From contig CBDDPY010000002.1 of assembly GCA_965232515.1 (NCBI GenBank), positions 3,072,001 through 3,136,000 on the forward strand: 64,000 nucleotides of DNA, read 5' to 3'. This DNA comes from Alphaproteobacteria bacterium (GTDB taxonomy: Bacteria; Pseudomonadota; Alphaproteobacteria; GCA-2731375). Below the pieces are notes generated by a model. It was not told the origin of the DNA. It saw only the letters and a program-made list of their open reading frames with translations, and made no database searches. Of the stretch, positions 62,119 through 64,000 are shown in pieces; within the stretch, counting starts at the first letter, position 1; every line of letters begins with the position of its first letter. The translations under genes and the position numbers were made by a program.

Positions 62119-62625
62119 ATGAATACCGTACTGACGGCGATCTGCCGGTTGTCGACGGCCGTCGCCGTCGTGCTGATAGCGGTGATGGCGGGCTTCGTCG
62201 TCCTGAGCTCGGTCATGCGCTACGCCGTCGGCGCGCCGTTCCATTTCACCGAGGAGATTGTCGGCCTCTTGTTCTGCGCCATGGTCTTCCTGGTGCTGCC
62301 GGGCGTCCAGCTTCGCCGTCAGCACATCAAGGTCGATATTCTGACCGACAGGTTCGGCGGCCGTGCCGGCAAGCTGCAGCAGCTGTCGGCGCTGGCGCTG
62401 ACGATCGTCTTCGGCGCCGCCTTCGGTTGGGAAGCCTATGACTACTTCGCTTACGTATATGCGCGGCAGTCGCTCACCTATATCGGCGACATCCCGCTTT
62501 ATCCCTGGGTCGGGATCATCTTCGGCGCCGTCATCCTGATGACGCTGGTGGCCGTCTGGCAGTTCCGCGGCGCGACGCGACGGCCCGACGACGGCGACGA
62601 TCCGGCGGAGCCGCCCGTGCCATGA
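62119..62625 (+). CDS. TRAP transporter small permease (DctQ)
   Basis: 4 TM helices, VMRY, EE, HIKVD. Confidence 0.9.
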   Translation: MNTVLTAICRLSTAVAVVLIAVMAGFVVLSSVMRYAVGAPFHFTEEIVGLLFCAMVFLVLPGVQLRRQHIKVDILTDRFGGRAGKLQQLSALALTIVFGAAFGWEAYDYFAYVYARQSLTYIGDIPLYPWVGIIFGAVILMTLVAVWQFRGATRRPDDGDDPAEPPVP

Positions 62626-63911
62626 TCTGGGTCGTCTTCGCCATCGGCCTGATCGTCACCGGCCTGACCGGCGCGCCGCTGGGCGTCGGCCTAGCGCTGA
62701 CGGGCTTCGCGATCCTGCATCTGTTTCTCGGCGGCGCGACCGAGCTGGCGTTCACGGCAATATGGAACACGTTCAACGAATTCACACTGAGCGCCGTGCC
62801 GCTCTACATCCTGATGGGTGAGATCATGTTGCTGAGCGGCGTCAGCACCCGGGTCTACAACGCGCTGACGCCGCTGTTCCAGCGCGTGCCCGGCAAGCTG
62901 TTGCACACCAACATCGCCGTCTGCACGGTGTTCGGCGCGGTCAGTGGCGCTAGCACTTCGACGGCCGCCGCCGTCGGCTCGGTCGCCTATCCGGAACTGC
63001 GCACGCGCGGCTACGACAAGCCCTTCGTCGTCGGCACGCTGGCGGCGGGCGGGACGCTCGGCCTGCTGATCCCGCCGAGCCTGTCGCTGCTGCTCTACGG
63101 CGCCACCCAGGGCGTCTCGATCGGCCAGCTGTTCCTGGCCGGCATCGGGCCCGGACTGATGTTGGCCGCCGCCTTTCTGGTCGTCATCGCCATCGCCGCC
63201 GTGCGGCGCGCCGGCCTGGCTCCCGATGACGAACCCGGTATGGTCTGGCGGATCGCGCTGCTGCGGGTCCTGTCCGTCTGGCCGCTTGTCATCCTGATCT
63301 TCGCGGTGCTGGGCACGATCTATCTCGGCCTCGCCACGCCGACGGAAGCGGCCGGCCTCGGCGTTGCGGCGGCCATTCTCGTCGGCGTCGCCTGGGGCGA
63401 TCTTACCTGGGCCAAGCTGATCGAGGCGCTGTACAAGGCGACGACGACATTCGGCACGGTCCTGTTCGTCGGCGTCGGCGCGCTGATCCTGGCGCAGGCG
63501 ATCAGCGCGCTGGGTCTGCCGCGCGACATTATGGCCGGCCTCGCCGCGATGGAACTGTCGCCCTACGCGGTTCTGGCCGGCATGGTGGCCATCTATCTGG
63601 TGCTGGGGTGTTTCTTCGACGGACTGTCGCTGTTGTTGATGACCGTGCCGATCATGTTTCCGGTGATGGTCGGCTTCGGCTTCGATCCGGTCTGGCTCGG
63701 CGTCGTGATCACGGTCTGCATCGAGATCGGCATGCTGACCCCGCCCGTTGGCGTGAACCTCTATGTCCTGACCGGCATCACGCGCGGCGAGGTGAGCCTG
63801 GCGGAAGCCGCGCGGGCGGCGCTGCCATTCTGGTTTGTCATGCTCGGCGGTATCGTCGTGCTGACCATCGTGCCCGACATCGCGTTGTTCCTGCCGAACC
63901 TGATGCGGTGA
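62622..63911 (+). CDS. TRAP transporter large permease (DctM)
   Basis: AVPLYILMG, GGTLGLLIPPS, ATPTEAA, LTPPVGVNL. Confidence 0.95.
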   Translation: MIWVVFAIGLIVTGLTGAPLGVGLALTGFAILHLFLGGATELAFTAIWNTFNEFTLSAVPLYILMGEIMLLSGVSTRVYNALTPLFQRVPGKLLHTNIAVCTVFGAVSGASTSTAAAVGSVAYPELRTRGYDKPFVVGTLAAGGTLGLLIPPSLSLLLYGATQGVSIGQLFLAGIGPGLMLAAAFLVVIAIAAVRRAGLAPDDEPGMVWRIALLRVLSVWPLVILIFAVLGTIYLGLATPTEAAGLGVAAAILVGVAWGDLTWAKLIEALYKATTTFGTVLFVGVGALILAQAISALGLPRDIMAGLAAMELSPYAVLAGMVAIYLVLGCFFDGLSLLLMTVPIMFPVMVGFGFDPVWLGVVITVCIEIGMLTPPVGVNLYVLTGITRGEVSLAEAARAALPFWFVMLGGIVVLTIVPDIALFLPNLMR

Positions 63912-64000
63912 CGGCGGCGGGGCGGTCCCCCGGAAACAATCGAAACCATTTTGCCGGTTCCGGCGCTGTTTCGGACACAGTTCTGAGACGTGCGGCCGCC

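Overview
GC-rich alphaproteobacterial chromosome segment (Rhodospirillales-like by gene content and order; taxonomy is inferred), mostly core genome. It holds gcvT with a tandem glycine riboswitch, ispH-thrB-rnhA, the aa3 cytochrome c oxidase operon with its SURF1/M32/thrC/M16/RimJ tail, tldD, gshA-rsmE/ubiA, dcd, pmbA-cysQ, the msbA-DUF374-waaA-lpxK-acyltransferase lipid A cluster, and xseA/purD. Accessory blocks lie between these, and a TetR-hydantoinase/oxoprolinase-TRAP catabolic module sits at the right end. I found no rRNA, tRNA, CRISPR array, integrase or transposase. Most notable: (1) an ArfA ribosome-rescue gene whose reading frame is cut by an intrinsic terminator before any stop codon (non-stop mRNA), facing an orphan phage CII-like gene; (2) an animal-type heme peroxidase with a PEP-CTERM-like sorting tail; (3) an acidic porin with a perfect Fur-type box and a structured 3' region that may be an sRNA; (4) a perfect 34-bp inverted repeat; (5) an all-exported redoxin / His-phosphatase / Tat-DUF3500 operon. 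All calls come from motif recognition by eye; no database searches were run.
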